Positions 11,624 to 21,498 are shown, counted from the first letter of the stretch. The stretch: 64,000 bases of DNA from Coleofasciculus sp. B1-GNL1-01 (GCA_040220235.1 JAVJTO010000070.1), one strand, 5' to 3'. The notes: generated by a model from the letters alone, not told the origin. A program made the numbers and translations.

Positions 11624-12415
11624 CTATTGGGTACAGCGTCAAAGGGAAGCCTACTACTATTAGCCAGTGTCAGCCTTCTGACGTAGCATTCGTCTGACCA
11701 TCTGACATGAACTGTACCCGCGTCTGCTTTAGGTTTTCTTTAGACTGCTCCCTAATTAACGGTTAGCTATCCCTTACTGTTTATAGACGGATTGTCAGTT
11801 CTTTTCAAGCTTGCAGGTTTCGGCAAGATTCGTCAATTGGTTTTTGCAGAATCATTGTCCAGGACTTTGAACCTAAATTTGCTACAACTGATACTGAAAA
11901 ATTAGTCAAGCTGATCAGGTATAGACAGATGTTGCCTGTGTCTATCTCTACGATTGAAAAACTTGATTGATCAGCTTGCCCTGAGCCGTTGAGTAGCTCC
12001 ATTATCCTTCTGGAAGAGAGTTGTCTACCGATTTACTCTCTGGGGAACGGGAATCTGGATGGTGGATAAAACTCTATACTATAACAAATAATCCTGATGG
12101 ATAACGTTAAGAGAAGGTAATCTTTCGCTTCTGTGCAAGTCGTACTCATTCTTAACTGGATCGGGTTTGATCAGATTCCTGACTTCTTCAAGATGTCGAA
12201 TATCTAACTCAAAGCTACCTTACATAGAATGTTACTGATATTTTGACGGGTGGGTAATGCCCACCCTACTGTATATTAAGGAATTTTGTCAGACTACTTA
12301 CTCGAAAAAATGAAATTAATATGAATAAAAAATGAATAGATATGGAAAATAGCTTCTGAATTGAATCTCTGAGAAGACTCGATAAAACAATTAAATTGTG
12401 CTATCTTAAAAAAGA

Positions 12416-12572
12416 ATGAAAGGGAGTAGCTCCTGGTCAAAGATTACCAGGATACCTGAATCAACATACTGGTAATGAGCCTGGTTCAGGTGACAAGGGA
12501 TTGAAGCTTCAGGTCATTTGAATCTACAGAATCTGAGCTGAATAGTTAGTTCCTTGGTAGCGAGACTTTCAC
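12416..12572 (+). ncRNA. yybP-ykoY (Mn2+) riboswitch
   Basis: TGAAAG-GGAGTAGC ... TCAACATACT ... CCTGGT ... GCGAGAC-TTTCA consensus blocks with a P1 TGAAAG/CTTTCA helix, directly upstream of a GDT1 Mn exporter. Confidence 0.85.
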
Positions 12573-12659
12573 TAAGTTCACAAGTTGATGTGAGCTTGGT
12601 GGGGTCTGCCTTTTCTCATCAAGCTCCATCAACGGCAATTGATTAAGGAGCTTGTAAAA

Positions 12660-13277
12660 ATGTTAACTGCATTTACCGCCGGATTATTACTAATTACGAT
12701 TTCTGAGTTAGGGGATAAGACGTTTTTTATTGGCGTTATCTTATCCATGCGTTATTCGCGGCGGCTGGTATTTTTGGGAGTCCTAGCGGCGTTAGCAGCG
12801 ATGACAGTACTATCTGTATTATTGGGACAGGTGGTGTCGTTGCTGCCTGACTATTATATCCATTATGGGGAAATTGCCTTATTTTTAGGATTTGGCTTTA
12901 AACTGTTGTATGATGCCAGTAAAATGCCAGCTCAAGCAGAAAATACAGGCGCAAAGGAAGCGGCGGTGGAAGTCGCCAAACAGAATAAGAAAGATAAGTT
13001 ACAGTCTGCCAATCTCGCGATTCTACTGCAAGCCTTTACCATGACATTTCTGGCGGAGTGGGGCGATCGCACTCAAATTAGCACCATCGCTTTAGCCGCC
13101 GCCCATCAACCTGTTGGCGTTACTGTGGGGGCAATTTTAGGTCATGGGATTTGCACCGCGATCGCAGTAATTGGTGGACGATTAATTGCAGGACGAATTT
13201 CTGAACGGTTGGTAACAGCATTAGGAGGCGTATTATTTCTGATTTTCGGTGTCATAGCGATGTTAGAACAAGTTTAG
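12660..13277 (+). CDS. TMEM165/GDT1 (UPF0016) family Mn2+/Ca2+ transporter
   Basis: Twin ELGDKT and EWGDRT motifs, hydrophobic; AGGAG RBS at 12646 favours ATG 12660. Confidence 0.92.
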   Translation: MLTAFTAGLLLITISELGDKTFFIGVILSMRYSRRLVFLGVLAALAAMTVLSVLLGQVVSLLPDYYIHYGEIALFLGFGFKLLYDASKMPAQAENTGAKEAAVEVAKQNKKDKLQSANLAILLQAFTMTFLAEWGDRTQISTIALAAAHQPVGVTVGAILGHGICTAIAVIGGRLIAGRISERLVTALGGVLFLIFGVIAMLEQV

Positions 13278-13414
13278 GTAGGTAGGGACAATAAAAGTTA
13301 ACGGCGGGAATCGTCATTCGTCATTTGTCATTCGTCATTCGTCATACTCGCGCAAGCAAGAAGCAAGCTACATCCTTTGTAAGGGTTTGAGGCTTTTGCA
13401 GCAAGCCCTACTTA
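13275..13414. mobile_element. TAAGTAG-type MITE with GTCATTC heptamers
   Basis: TAGGTAGG...CCTACTTA ends; interior shared with 40464-40586 and 30880-30980. Confidence 0.7.
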
Positions 13415-13499
13415 GGACTCTGAATTGCCAACAAATTGCTGAATGGCATTAAAAAAATGGTTGTGATCCAGGGAGATTCTGATAGGGTGACCCGCCTTT

Positions 13500-14318
13500 T
13501 TAATCTAATAGCAACTGAAATAGTGAGGCTTCGTCTAACACTATTTTACCGATAACAAATTTCTGGATCGCTTCAAAGTATTGCCACATACCCATGCGAA
13601 ACAAGGTGTTATGATCCGCATTTTTAATCCGTATCAACTGCTTATTTGCGGCTGCACAAGAATGATAGAGCTTTTCTCCCTGTTGGATAGGAATTAACGA
13701 ATCTTTCTCACCATGAATAATCAACGTTGGCACAAGAATGTGGCTAATTTTTTCAGTATTTCTAAATCCAAAACGCTCATCCTCATAATCTCTAACCTGC
13801 CAGCCAAGACGTTTGAGCAAAGCAAAGGTATCGGCAAAACCACTATCGATAATCAATCCAGCTAATTGATCTTGAGCGTGATTAGCAACCGCAATGGCGG
13901 GGACACTACCCAAACTGCGCCCCATTACGTAAAGTCGTTGGGGAAACAGTTGATGCGCCGTTAAAATGCTACTAAAAGCGTCGAATACCTTGAGGGAATC
14001 AGCTAGGAGATTAGACGCGGTGGATGTGCCATCACTTTGACCATAGCCTCGATAGTCAATGACTAAAATAGTAATGCCCAAGACAGTGAAAACTTTGGCA
14101 ATACTATCGTATTCAGCCGCAATTTCACCATTGCCATGGAAAAATAGAATCGCAGGGGAATTGCTAGCGGCGGCGTATAATCGTCCTCTGAGAAAGAGTC
14201 TCGGTTCGATTTCAACATCAATGAGATGGATATTAGGCGATCGCGGTTTTCCTGTTGTGTCCGGTTTAGGATGGAACAGGATTTGCAAAATATCGGGTTT
14301 GTCGAGAATGGGATGCAT
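13500..14318 (-). CDS. Alpha/beta hydrolase
   Basis: FFHGNGE, DYRGYGQS, GRSLG nucleophile elbow, HGEKD, ADHN. Confidence 0.9.
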   Translation of the reverse strand: MHPILDKPDILQILFHPKPDTTGKPRSPNIHLIDVEIEPRLFLRGRLYAAASNSPAILFFHGNGEIAAEYDSIAKVFTVLGITILVIDYRGYGQSDGTSTASNLLADSLKVFDAFSSILTAHQLFPQRLYVMGRSLGSVPAIAVANHAQDQLAGLIIDSGFADTFALLKRLGWQVRDYEDERFGFRNTEKISHILVPTLIIHGEKDSLIPIQQGEKLYHSCAAANKQLIRIKNADHNTLFRMGMWQYFEAIQKFVIGKIVLDEASLFQLLLD

Positions 14319-14641
14319 TATATAGCAGTTGGCGACGTTGTAGATATTTTATCTTTCTTCAATAAGGCGGGGAAGAGTCTATTTTACTCGCTCTGACTCA
14401 ATTACAGAGTTTGGGAGGGTTAGGTGCGATCGCGGAGTGGGAATTCCAGGGATTGACCCCTCCCCCAGCCCCTCCCCGACACGGGGAGGGGAGTACATTT
14501 TCTTGCACAGACATCATCGTAGGGACGCATCGCTATGCGCCCTTAAAACTTTCATAACGCTTCTTTTGTACCTTTTCTAAGAGACGATTAATTTGACTAT
14601 CTCGTATTTCGCTTTTAAACTTTATGCCAACTCCCTTAAAA

Positions 14642-15094
14642 TTAAATGATAAACCGCCAGTCACGGGCGTCAACGAACTGAGACAAATGCCCTACATTAG
14701 TTGTAGCAATTATAACTTCATTTCCTTCGTCTACCATCAATGTAGCCTGAGCTGCCAGAATTACATCCCCATCAAGTGCTTTAGGATCGGCTGTTGGTTG
14801 TCCTCTCTTGCGTGCTTCCGCCCATAACTGAGCCGCCAGAAGCATCGCAGGTGTCTCAATGGGGACGTACATCAGAGCATTCTTCAATTGATCAAGTTGT
14901 CGGATACCTGCTACCTTACCCACCCGAAGCAATTCACGTCTCACTTCATAGTCAGCAATTTCAGGTATAACGACTATCTCCCCTTTTGCTAGTAAAGAAT
15001 TTAGCCACTGCTTGCACTCCAACGTCAGGGGTGTAGCTTTAGGATTTGTTACCATTCCCAATGGACTTGAGTCCAAAACTATGAATCGACTCAT
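14642..15094 (-). CDS. PIN-domain (VapC-like) toxin, copy 1
   Basis: IVLDSSPLG, PEIADYEVRRELLR, LDGDVILAAQA, ATTNVGHL. Confidence 0.85.
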   Translation of the reverse strand: MSRFIVLDSSPLGMVTNPKATPLTLECKQWLNSLLAKGEIVVIPEIADYEVRRELLRVGKVAGIRQLDQLKNALMYVPIETPAMLLAAQLWAEARKRGQPTADPKALDGDVILAAQATLMVDEGNEVIIATTNVGHLSQFVDARDWRFII

Positions 15095-15105
15095 GGCAAG
15101 ACAAT

Positions 15106-15450
15106 TTAAATAGAAACGCCGCTTTCATTGAGAGCTTGATTAAGAATTTCCCAAGTTTCTTTTTGCTCCTGTTCATCGCCCTCTTCTACCCATGAATTTA
15201 GCAGTGCGATCGCGGCTTGATTTCTTTTGACTCGTTCTTCTTGCGGTAATTGACTAAAAGCTATTAACTTAGCATAAACTGATGATTCTTGCTCCACAAC
15301 CACAATTTCCCGAAACAGGCGAATCATCTGAAGTAATTTGGGTAAGTATGCTTGAGGAATTTTGGCGACGAGAGTGCTTATCTGTTCTAAAGCCTCTGTT
15401 GAGTCAATTTCAGTGGCTAGAATCGTATTATTTAAATCAGGCTCAGACAT
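15106..15450 (-). CDS. Putative antitoxin of PIN copy 1
   Basis: Small gene just upstream of the toxin; acidic W.EEGDEQEQ.ET motif shared with 19377-19760. Confidence 0.7.
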   Translation of the reverse strand: MSEPDLNNTILATEIDSTEALEQISTLVAKIPQAYLPKLLQMIRLFREIVVVEQESSVYAKLIAFSQLPQEERVKRNQAAIALLNSWVEEGDEQEQKETWEILNQALNESGVSI

Positions 15451-15453
15451 ACT

Positions 15454-15499
15454 GTTCTCCTTTATCTGTTCTCTTCCCTACCTTAACAATAAGTAAGGT
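15454..15499 (-). promoter_or_regulatory. Repeated upstream element (ACCTTA-N8-TAAGGT plus AAGGAG RBS) of the TA module
   Basis: Near-identical to 19764-19809; core repeated at 21596-21615. Confidence 0.65.
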
Positions 15500-15576
15500 G
15501 AGCCAGAGTTCATTACACACACCCTGTCTCAATCCCAGAGGCGGGAAGGGTAAGATGCGATCACACTTCCTAAACA

Positions 15577-15798
15577 TCAAGGCTGTGTTTCTTCTAGCAT
15601 CGACTCTTTCACCGCCTGCACTAACTCTTCTTCCGTGCATTGATACAAGTCACGCAAGCGAAATACTTGCCAAACTTCCATCATTGGTGTTGTTCTCCCC
15701 TTTTCCCAGTTGCGGATTGAAGATTCGGAGCATTTTAGTTCACGAGCGACATTACGGATAATCAGCCCTGCGCGTTTTCTCAAGGCTCTCAGGTTCAT
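15577..15798 (-). CDS. XRE-family helix-turn-helix regulator
   Basis: LRALRKRAGL...VARELKCSESSIRNWEKGRTTP. Confidence 0.85.
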   Translation of the reverse strand: MNLRALRKRAGLIIRNVARELKCSESSIRNWEKGRTTPMMEVWQVFRLRDLYQCTEEELVQAVKESMLEETQP

Positions 15799-15965
15799 AA
15801 GTGACTGAATGTTCCCACTAAAGTAGCGTTAAAACTTAGCGTCAAGTATTGACAATTGACAAATATTGTGTATGGCTCTTTAATCATAAAAGAAAAAGCG
15901 TTAGTACATCCCCACCAAGAGACTGACTAACGCCCTTTCCTTTGTTCCTTACGGACTATCTAATC

Positions 15966-16211
15966 ATGCCATACAATTCCAATCAAATCACTTACCGACA
16001 ACGACTAACTCCCTGGGTGATCGCTCAACTCCTACCGAATATGCAACGAACTATTGTGGGTCGGTTCCGCAGTCGGTCTGATGCGGATGGTCATTTGCGG
16101 TGTCTGCGTCAGCTTATACCCCATGCGTCCTTTGTCGTGGTATTTGACCCGCAACCGGATGAAGAAACGGTATCTGTGTCTGTTACAACGGCGCAAAAAG
16201 CAGTTATTTGA
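15966..16211 (+). CDS. Small hypothetical protein divergent from the XRE gene
   Basis: PWVIAQLLPNMQRTIVGRFRSRSDADGHLRCLRQLIP..FVVVFD resembles a small cyanobacterial family. Confidence 0.65.
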   Translation: MPYNSNQITYRQRLTPWVIAQLLPNMQRTIVGRFRSRSDADGHLRCLRQLIPHASFVVVFDPQPDEETVSVSVTTAQKAVI

Positions 16212-16223
16212 GGATGAGGGGAG

Positions 16224-16285
16224 GCGATCGCATGTTCTGGATATGAGAGTGCGATCGCCTTTGGAGAGAGTAGAGGTGCGATCGC
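16224..16285. repeat. Three HIP1 sites at a 27-bp period
   Basis: GCGATCGC at 16224, 16251 and 16278. Confidence 0.9.
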
Positions 16286-16294
16286 TAAATATAT

Positions 16295-18889
16295 TTAATT
16301 TTGTATTGGAAGATCACGTAATTTCTGCTTACGTAACTTTTCCACTAAAGAGGCTGGATCAATACCACCATCTTGGTACTCTTGGATAGCGCGTTTTCGC
16401 CATTCCAAATTAGCTTCACCTGGGAAACTACGCCTCAATCCTCGCACAACAGAAATTGAGCTATTTGCCCAATTTCTAAATTCTTCTATATTCCAATAAC
16501 ACACATCTTGAACATGAGGTAATGCACCATCTTTTATTTTTTTGCAAGGGGTGATCATTACCGGAATAATTTCCGCATTTTGGAGATGAGCAAATTTAGC
16601 TTTAATCGAGTTCGGATGTGAAGCTGCTTCTCTAACTTTGTTTGCTCCAAGTATAGTTTTTTTACTCCCACCTGAGTGATCCTCAAATACTATGCACAGG
16701 TCATCACCAGCAATCCACCAAGGATCTGGATCGGCATCCGATTTAGAATTACCTGCCTCGTATCCTAGTAGTCTACCTAATCTTTCGTGTGCATCCTCAA
16801 ACTTTTTGGAGTCTTCTTCACTATCCTTGTGTAAATTCTCAATAATTACCTTTACCTCTGATTCAAACTTTCTGTTATTTGTTGTGCCGAGTTTCTCAAG
16901 TTGCGTCTCTAGACCTTCAATTACTCTAATGAGTCTATTATCCACTTGGGAGTTGCTGTCATTTTCAAGAGATAGCCGAGAAAGCCGTGAGAACCATACA
17001 ACTTCGGGAGCAGTGGAAGCAGCCCTCTTAAAGTTGTCTCTTGCTGTACTCTCCAGAGAAGTAATTCCATTTTTTGCTCCCATCCACGCTGCACTACCAG
17101 CAAGATAATTCCAGAAGGCTCTATAGCCGCGAACATCATCTCCGCTAAGAGAGGTTAAAACATCTCGACACTCATCAACTGCTGCTTCAAAGTTGCGGTT
17201 CCATAGAGCATACTGGTATCTCACTTCATGAGGAACTGCGTCTATTAATTTGTCCATAGCAGGAAGCTTTTCTTGCTGCAATGAGTCTCTAAGCGAGACA
17301 ATCGTCTCGTCCGCACCATTCCACTCTTTCTTATGTTCAAGAAATATGCGAAGGTTGTCGAGAAAAGCAGATTCTTCAACCCCCTTAGATTCTTCAATTC
17401 CAAATTCAATCTCAGCTTGAAACTCAGGATGTAAGAACTTCCTTCTATCCCGATCGAGGAGAATTTTGTTTAAATCGTTCCCAAGGATAATTACTGCTGC
17501 ATAATCCGTAGCGGATCTTGTACACCGTCCTACTGCCTGGACAATTCTAGTGAGAATTCGGTCATTAAGCAGGACACCAGCAGCCAAACGAGTTACAAGG
17601 AACTTTTCTTGAAGATTTGTTGCTCGTTGAAGATCCTTGACAATGAGAATGCGGCATTCATCTCCTGCCAAGTCGATGCCGTCATATCGATTTGCAACAA
17701 TGGCAACTGCCTTCTCCTTAGATATAAAAGTCTTTTTCGATTCCTCAATTTGAGCTGCATTAAAAATTTCGTAACCTGTCCTCTCCGAAATCTCTTTACT
17801 TAGGTCATTCTCTATGGTATTATATGGCACCAGAACAAGAGATCGCCCTGTTGTTTTAATCATCTCGATTGTCAGATTTAGCGCCGATTCCTCATCAAGC
17901 GCTCTCTCTGGGAAAAAGAATAATCGACGACCAATACCCTGTTTATCCCAGCCTTCTGGAACAGGCAAACGGACTATCTTATCTACACCCGAAAGGCGCT
18001 CTAACTCCCCTCCTTCGCCTAATGTTGCAGACATATAGAGGCGTTGTTTTGCCTGTGAAAATGGTTTATGTGTTCTTGTGGGCGGTATTACAGGTCTGAT
18101 TAATATACAATTGAAGCTGATATATATATGGCAAGCCAGAAGATGATCTCGAAGGACAGACCAAGGATACTTGAGGTTAAAGTTGCCAGTTTGTGCATCA
18201 AGTAACGCTATCAACTCTGGTAGTAGGTCATATAAGTCTGGTGTAGGAATTTTTTCGATCCACTGGCTGTCTAAATCAGGAGACGTGGAACTTAATCTAG
18301 AATAATCCGAAGGTGATATGATTGAGCGAATGACTGAAACTACGCTATTAAAGAGAAGTTCGTGTGCTTTACGCTCAATCATAAGAGACCAGTATTTAGC
18401 TATATAGTTTTCAGCCGCATGAGCATCATCAAGAATGATTACACTTGCATCATCAAAAAAGGAATTAGTATTGAATAGACCGCTATAAGTGGTAACAGCT
18501 AGAGTCTCTGCATTACGGTATTCAGCTTTAATATTAGGAGCATACTCTGCTTGCTTTCCGATAAAGGCATTTGCTTTTATACCGTATTCATCTACCGCTT
18601 TTTCAACGACTTGATTAACCAGTTGGCGCGTTGGACAGAGGTATACAACTTTTTCCTGAAAACGCTGACGACGCCATTCTCCAATCAAAAGCCCAACTAG
18701 GGTTTTACCACTGCCAGTTGAAAGCTGTAGGGCTACATCTGGTTCATCTACAGCCTGCTTATGATATTCCCGAATAATATCGGCTTGGTGGGCAAGTAGA
18801 CCTTGAATTTTGCGATTTCTGTAGTCTCGGTAAAGCGCTTCAGGGGTTTCAGTCGAAATTTGAGAGTGACGTGTCAGTTTAAATGGCAT
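16295..18889 (-). CDS. SF2 (DinG-like) helicase with C-terminal nuclease-like domain; Hna-like antiphage candidate
   Basis: STGSGKT, ILDDAH, MSATLG, QAVGRCTRS; C-terminal FE..H...DPDPWW...VFEDH; 864 aa, AT-richer than the core genes. Confidence 0.75.
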   Translation of the reverse strand: MPFKLTRHSQISTETPEALYRDYRNRKIQGLLAHQADIIREYHKQAVDEPDVALQLSTGSGKTLVGLLIGEWRRQRFQEKVVYLCPTRQLVNQVVEKAVDEYGIKANAFIGKQAEYAPNIKAEYRNAETLAVTTYSGLFNTNSFFDDASVIILDDAHAAENYIAKYWSLMIERKAHELLFNSVVSVIRSIISPSDYSRLSSTSPDLDSQWIEKIPTPDLYDLLPELIALLDAQTGNFNLKYPWSVLRDHLLACHIYISFNCILIRPVIPPTRTHKPFSQAKQRLYMSATLGEGGELERLSGVDKIVRLPVPEGWDKQGIGRRLFFFPERALDEESALNLTIEMIKTTGRSLVLVPYNTIENDLSKEISERTGYEIFNAAQIEESKKTFISKEKAVAIVANRYDGIDLAGDECRILIVKDLQRATNLQEKFLVTRLAAGVLLNDRILTRIVQAVGRCTRSATDYAAVIILGNDLNKILLDRDRRKFLHPEFQAEIEFGIEESKGVEESAFLDNLRIFLEHKKEWNGADETIVSLRDSLQQEKLPAMDKLIDAVPHEVRYQYALWNRNFEAAVDECRDVLTSLSGDDVRGYRAFWNYLAGSAAWMGAKNGITSLESTARDNFKRAASTAPEVVWFSRLSRLSLENDSNSQVDNRLIRVIEGLETQLEKLGTTNNRKFESEVKVIIENLHKDSEEDSKKFEDAHERLGRLLGYEAGNSKSDADPDPWWIAGDDLCIVFEDHSGGSKKTILGANKVREAASHPNSIKAKFAHLQNAEIIPVMITPCKKIKDGALPHVQDVCYWNIEEFRNWANSSISVVRGLRRSFPGEANLEWRKRAIQEYQDGGIDPASLVEKLRKQKLRDLPIQN

Positions 18890-18912
18890 ATTTCACTACC
18901 TTTACAAAAACA

Positions 18913-19368
18913 TTACTGAATTAGTCGCCATTCACGGGCATCAACGAACTGAGACAGATGCCTCACATTAGTCGTAGCAACTATCACTTCATTTCCCTCC
19001 TCTTCCACCAATATAGCCTGAGCCGCCAAAATCACATCCCCATCTAGTGCTTTGGAATCTGCCGTTGGTTTTCCTCTCCTTCGTGCTTCTGCCCAAAGTT
19101 CAGCCGCTTTGAGCATTACCTCCGTAGTAATGGGACGGTAGGTAATTGCAGCTTTGAGTTGATCAAGTCGCCTGATACCTGCCACCTTACCTGCGCGAAG
19201 CAATTCACGCCGAACTTCGTAGTCTGCGATTTCTGGCAACACTACTGTGTAGCCCTTTGGTTCCAAAGAATTGAACCAACGTTTACACTCCTGATATATA
19301 GGGGATTTAGCTTTAGGAGTTGTCACCATTCCTAAAGGGCCAGAATCTAACAATACTATTCTGCTCAT
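18913..19368 (-). CDS. PIN-domain (VapC-like) toxin, copy 2
   Basis: Paralog of 14642-15094 with the same motifs. Confidence 0.85.
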   Translation of the reverse strand: MSRIVLLDSGPLGMVTTPKAKSPIYQECKRWFNSLEPKGYTVVLPEIADYEVRRELLRAGKVAGIRRLDQLKAAITYRPITTEVMLKAAELWAEARRRGKPTADSKALDGDVILAAQAILVEEEGNEVIVATTNVRHLSQFVDAREWRLIQ

Positions 19369-19376
19369 AGAATGGT

Positions 19377-19760
19377 TTAGATAGATACCGGATCTTCTTC
19401 TAGTGCCTTACGGAGAATTTCAGCCGTTTCCGTTTGCTCCTGTTCATCTCCCTCTTCTTCCCATTGCCTAAGCAGTTCACTCAGCGCAATCTGTCGTACT
19501 GATTTCTTTACAGGATCAGGATTTTTTATTTCGTCCATTGCCTGTTCCGAAACCTGCGATCGCACTGGCTTCGTAGTGACGCTTTCACGGAATAGGCGCA
19601 CGATTTGCAGTAAATTCGGCAAATGGTCTTCCGGTGTTTGCTGAATTTCAAGAATTAGCTTGGCTAGGGCGTGATTCTCCTTGACAGGAGTGTTTTCTTT
19701 AGAAGATGCGCTTTCGGTACTCGGTGTATTGGTTATGCTGCTTAAATCTTGCTTAGACAT
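19377..19760 (-). CDS. Putative antitoxin of PIN copy 2
   Basis: LP.LLQ..RLFRE and WEEEGDEQEQTET shared with 15106-15450. Confidence 0.7.
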   Translation of the reverse strand: MSKQDLSSITNTPSTESASSKENTPVKENHALAKLILEIQQTPEDHLPNLLQIVRLFRESVTTKPVRSQVSEQAMDEIKNPDPVKKSVRQIALSELLRQWEEEGDEQEQTETAEILRKALEEDPVSI

Positions 19761-19825
19761 AGTGTTCTCCTTTATCTCTTCTCTTCCCTAGCTTAACAAT
19801 AAGTAAGGTATGGAATGGGGGTAAA

Positions 19826-20242
19826 TTAGGTTTCTCCACAAATTTGAGAAATACGCCCCAAGACACTATCGAGATTCTGTCTCACCTCTTCATTTTTAAT
19901 TCGCAGCAATCGCAGTTCCCGTGCAGACAAAACGCGATCGCGTTCGGCGTCATAGTCAGCTTGGTGTTGATGAATCTTTCCATCCACTTCTATAACTAAT
20001 CTTGCCCCATGACAATAGAAATCGGCAATAAATCCATCAATAATTTGCTGACGACGGAAATGAAAACCATTCAAGCGATTAGTGCGAAGGTGTTGCCAGA
20101 GGATGGTTTCTTCTGGGGTCATTTGGCAACGGAGTTCCTTGGCACGCTGCACTTTAGCTGAGGTAACTTTTTGTCCGATAACAATATTATGGGTTGACAC
20201 CTTTTTGGGTATGGGGGGTGGCGAGGGAGTTGGGTTATTCAT
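19826..20242 (-). CDS. DUF559 endonuclease-domain protein
   Basis: RAKELR..MTPEE..LW..LR, FRRQQIIDGFIADFYC, LVIEVDG.IH, D.ERD. Confidence 0.9.
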   Translation of the reverse strand: MNNPTPSPPPIPKKVSTHNIVIGQKVTSAKVQRAKELRCQMTPEETILWQHLRTNRLNGFHFRRQQIIDGFIADFYCHGARLVIEVDGKIHQHQADYDAERDRVLSARELRLLRIKNEEVRQNLDSVLGRISQICGET

Positions 20243-20289
20243 AATAAAGGATTAAGATAGGGTTTTATCGTTACATTTTAAATGACCTC

Positions 20290-20385
20290 TCCCCCAGCCC
20301 CTCTCCTGCAAGGAGAGGGGAGCCGGAATGCCGGAACTCTTATTCCCCCTTCCCTGCGAGGGAAGGGGGTTAGGGGGTTAGGTTT
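20290..20385. repeat. CCCCTCTCC/GGAGAGGGG + CCCCCTTCCCT/AGGGAAGGGGG double-hairpin repeat
   Basis: Direct repeat of 21636-21704; related copy at 14459-14493. Confidence 0.8.
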
Positions 20386-20448
20386 TTTCGGAATATGGGG
20401 GAGTGTAATCGCACCTCTATCTCTTCCATTTAATTACCCTTTTTTCTT

Positions 20449-21498
20449 TCATCTCAAGTCCGTACTGTCTTTATTACTCTTACCAATGTTACATTTTAAG
20501 CATAATGTTTGAAGATTTTTTATATCATCCGTACCGCCTAGTGAACGAGGCTTAATGTGATCGACGTGCAGCGTTATTCCATCTTTTGCTGAGCGCCCAC
20601 AACTACAACACTTCCATTTATCACGAGCCAGAACAGACCACCATAGACCTGCTCTTACAAAGGAATAACTGTCCAGCTCTGGTAAGTCAGTGAGATCGCT
20701 GCTTTTGTAATCAGAGTCTATCTGATCTTCATATTCTTCCTCATCCGATAGATACCAGTTCTTAAACTTTTCCAACATTTCAGATAGTTTAGGTGGTTCA
20801 CCTTCTGCAATAGAGAACAGGGAATCCAGCACAGGATAGAGAGCTATAAATGCCAAAATTAGATTAACCAGACCGCGATTTATATCGAGCGGAAAGTAGT
20901 ACAGAGGAGATAATAGCCTAATTCCGTCAGATCCCACTTCTTCATCTGTAAAAGCATCCCTGATATGAACGAATTGTTCAGCACTACTGTGTGAAATATG
21001 GGTAAGTGCAAAAATTGGAGAAAGTGCATCAAGATTATCGCGAATTAAATCAGCTACAGCAGAGACAAATTGAGAATCTACTCCTTGGCGAAAGGGAAGC
21101 AGCTTGACAAACATCCCACCTTGTAAATCTAAATCTATGTTGTATGTCAAATAAGTTGGATGGAGGAAAAATGGCTTTCCGTCTCGACGTTTGATTGTAA
21201 GTGTCCTATCTGTTCTACGCTTCCCAGACAATCCAATATGCACTTGACCATAGTCAAAATTCTGACGTGCTGTTTTCCTATGACTTGGAGCGTAAACAAA
21301 GGTCATTCGCTCATAGGGATTTACATCATAGACTGTTTGTATTACATCTAAAGTATGTCTAAGTAATACTTCTAGGCGAGGAAAGAAATACTTTTGTAAA
21401 GTGTCGAGACGTGTTCTTGTATCAGGTATCTTAAATATTTCAGAGTCTCTTTGCTAAAATACTATCTTACTGACTGGGGTCAACTTTGTGACAGCCAT
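20449..21498 (-). pseudogene. HNH endonuclease gene with an in-frame TAG at codon 15
   Basis: ATG 21498 with AGGA RBS; MAVTKLTPVSKIVF*QRDSEIFKIPD... is in frame with ORF 20449-21306; C-terminal C..C, HVDHIKP.S.GG, NLQTLC..CN..KS. Confidence 0.75.

Noticed and set aside
11805..12149. Short minus-strand ORFs of 65 and 48 aa upstream of gap
   Set aside because: No recognisable motifs; cannot be told from chance ORFs in a long promoter region.
14535..14635. Possible 3' remnant of a cargo gene after PIN copy 1 (GIKFKSEIRDSQINRLLEKVQKKRYESF)
   Set aside because: No start codon and no recognisable family; too short to support.
16224..16285. Possible mini-CRISPR (repeat with equal-length spacers)
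   Set aside because: The repeat is only the 8-bp HIP1 site, spacers are 19 bp, and there are no cas genes.
20282..20512. 76-aa ORF MTSPPAPLLQGEG
   Set aside because: Read-through of the double-hairpin repeat.
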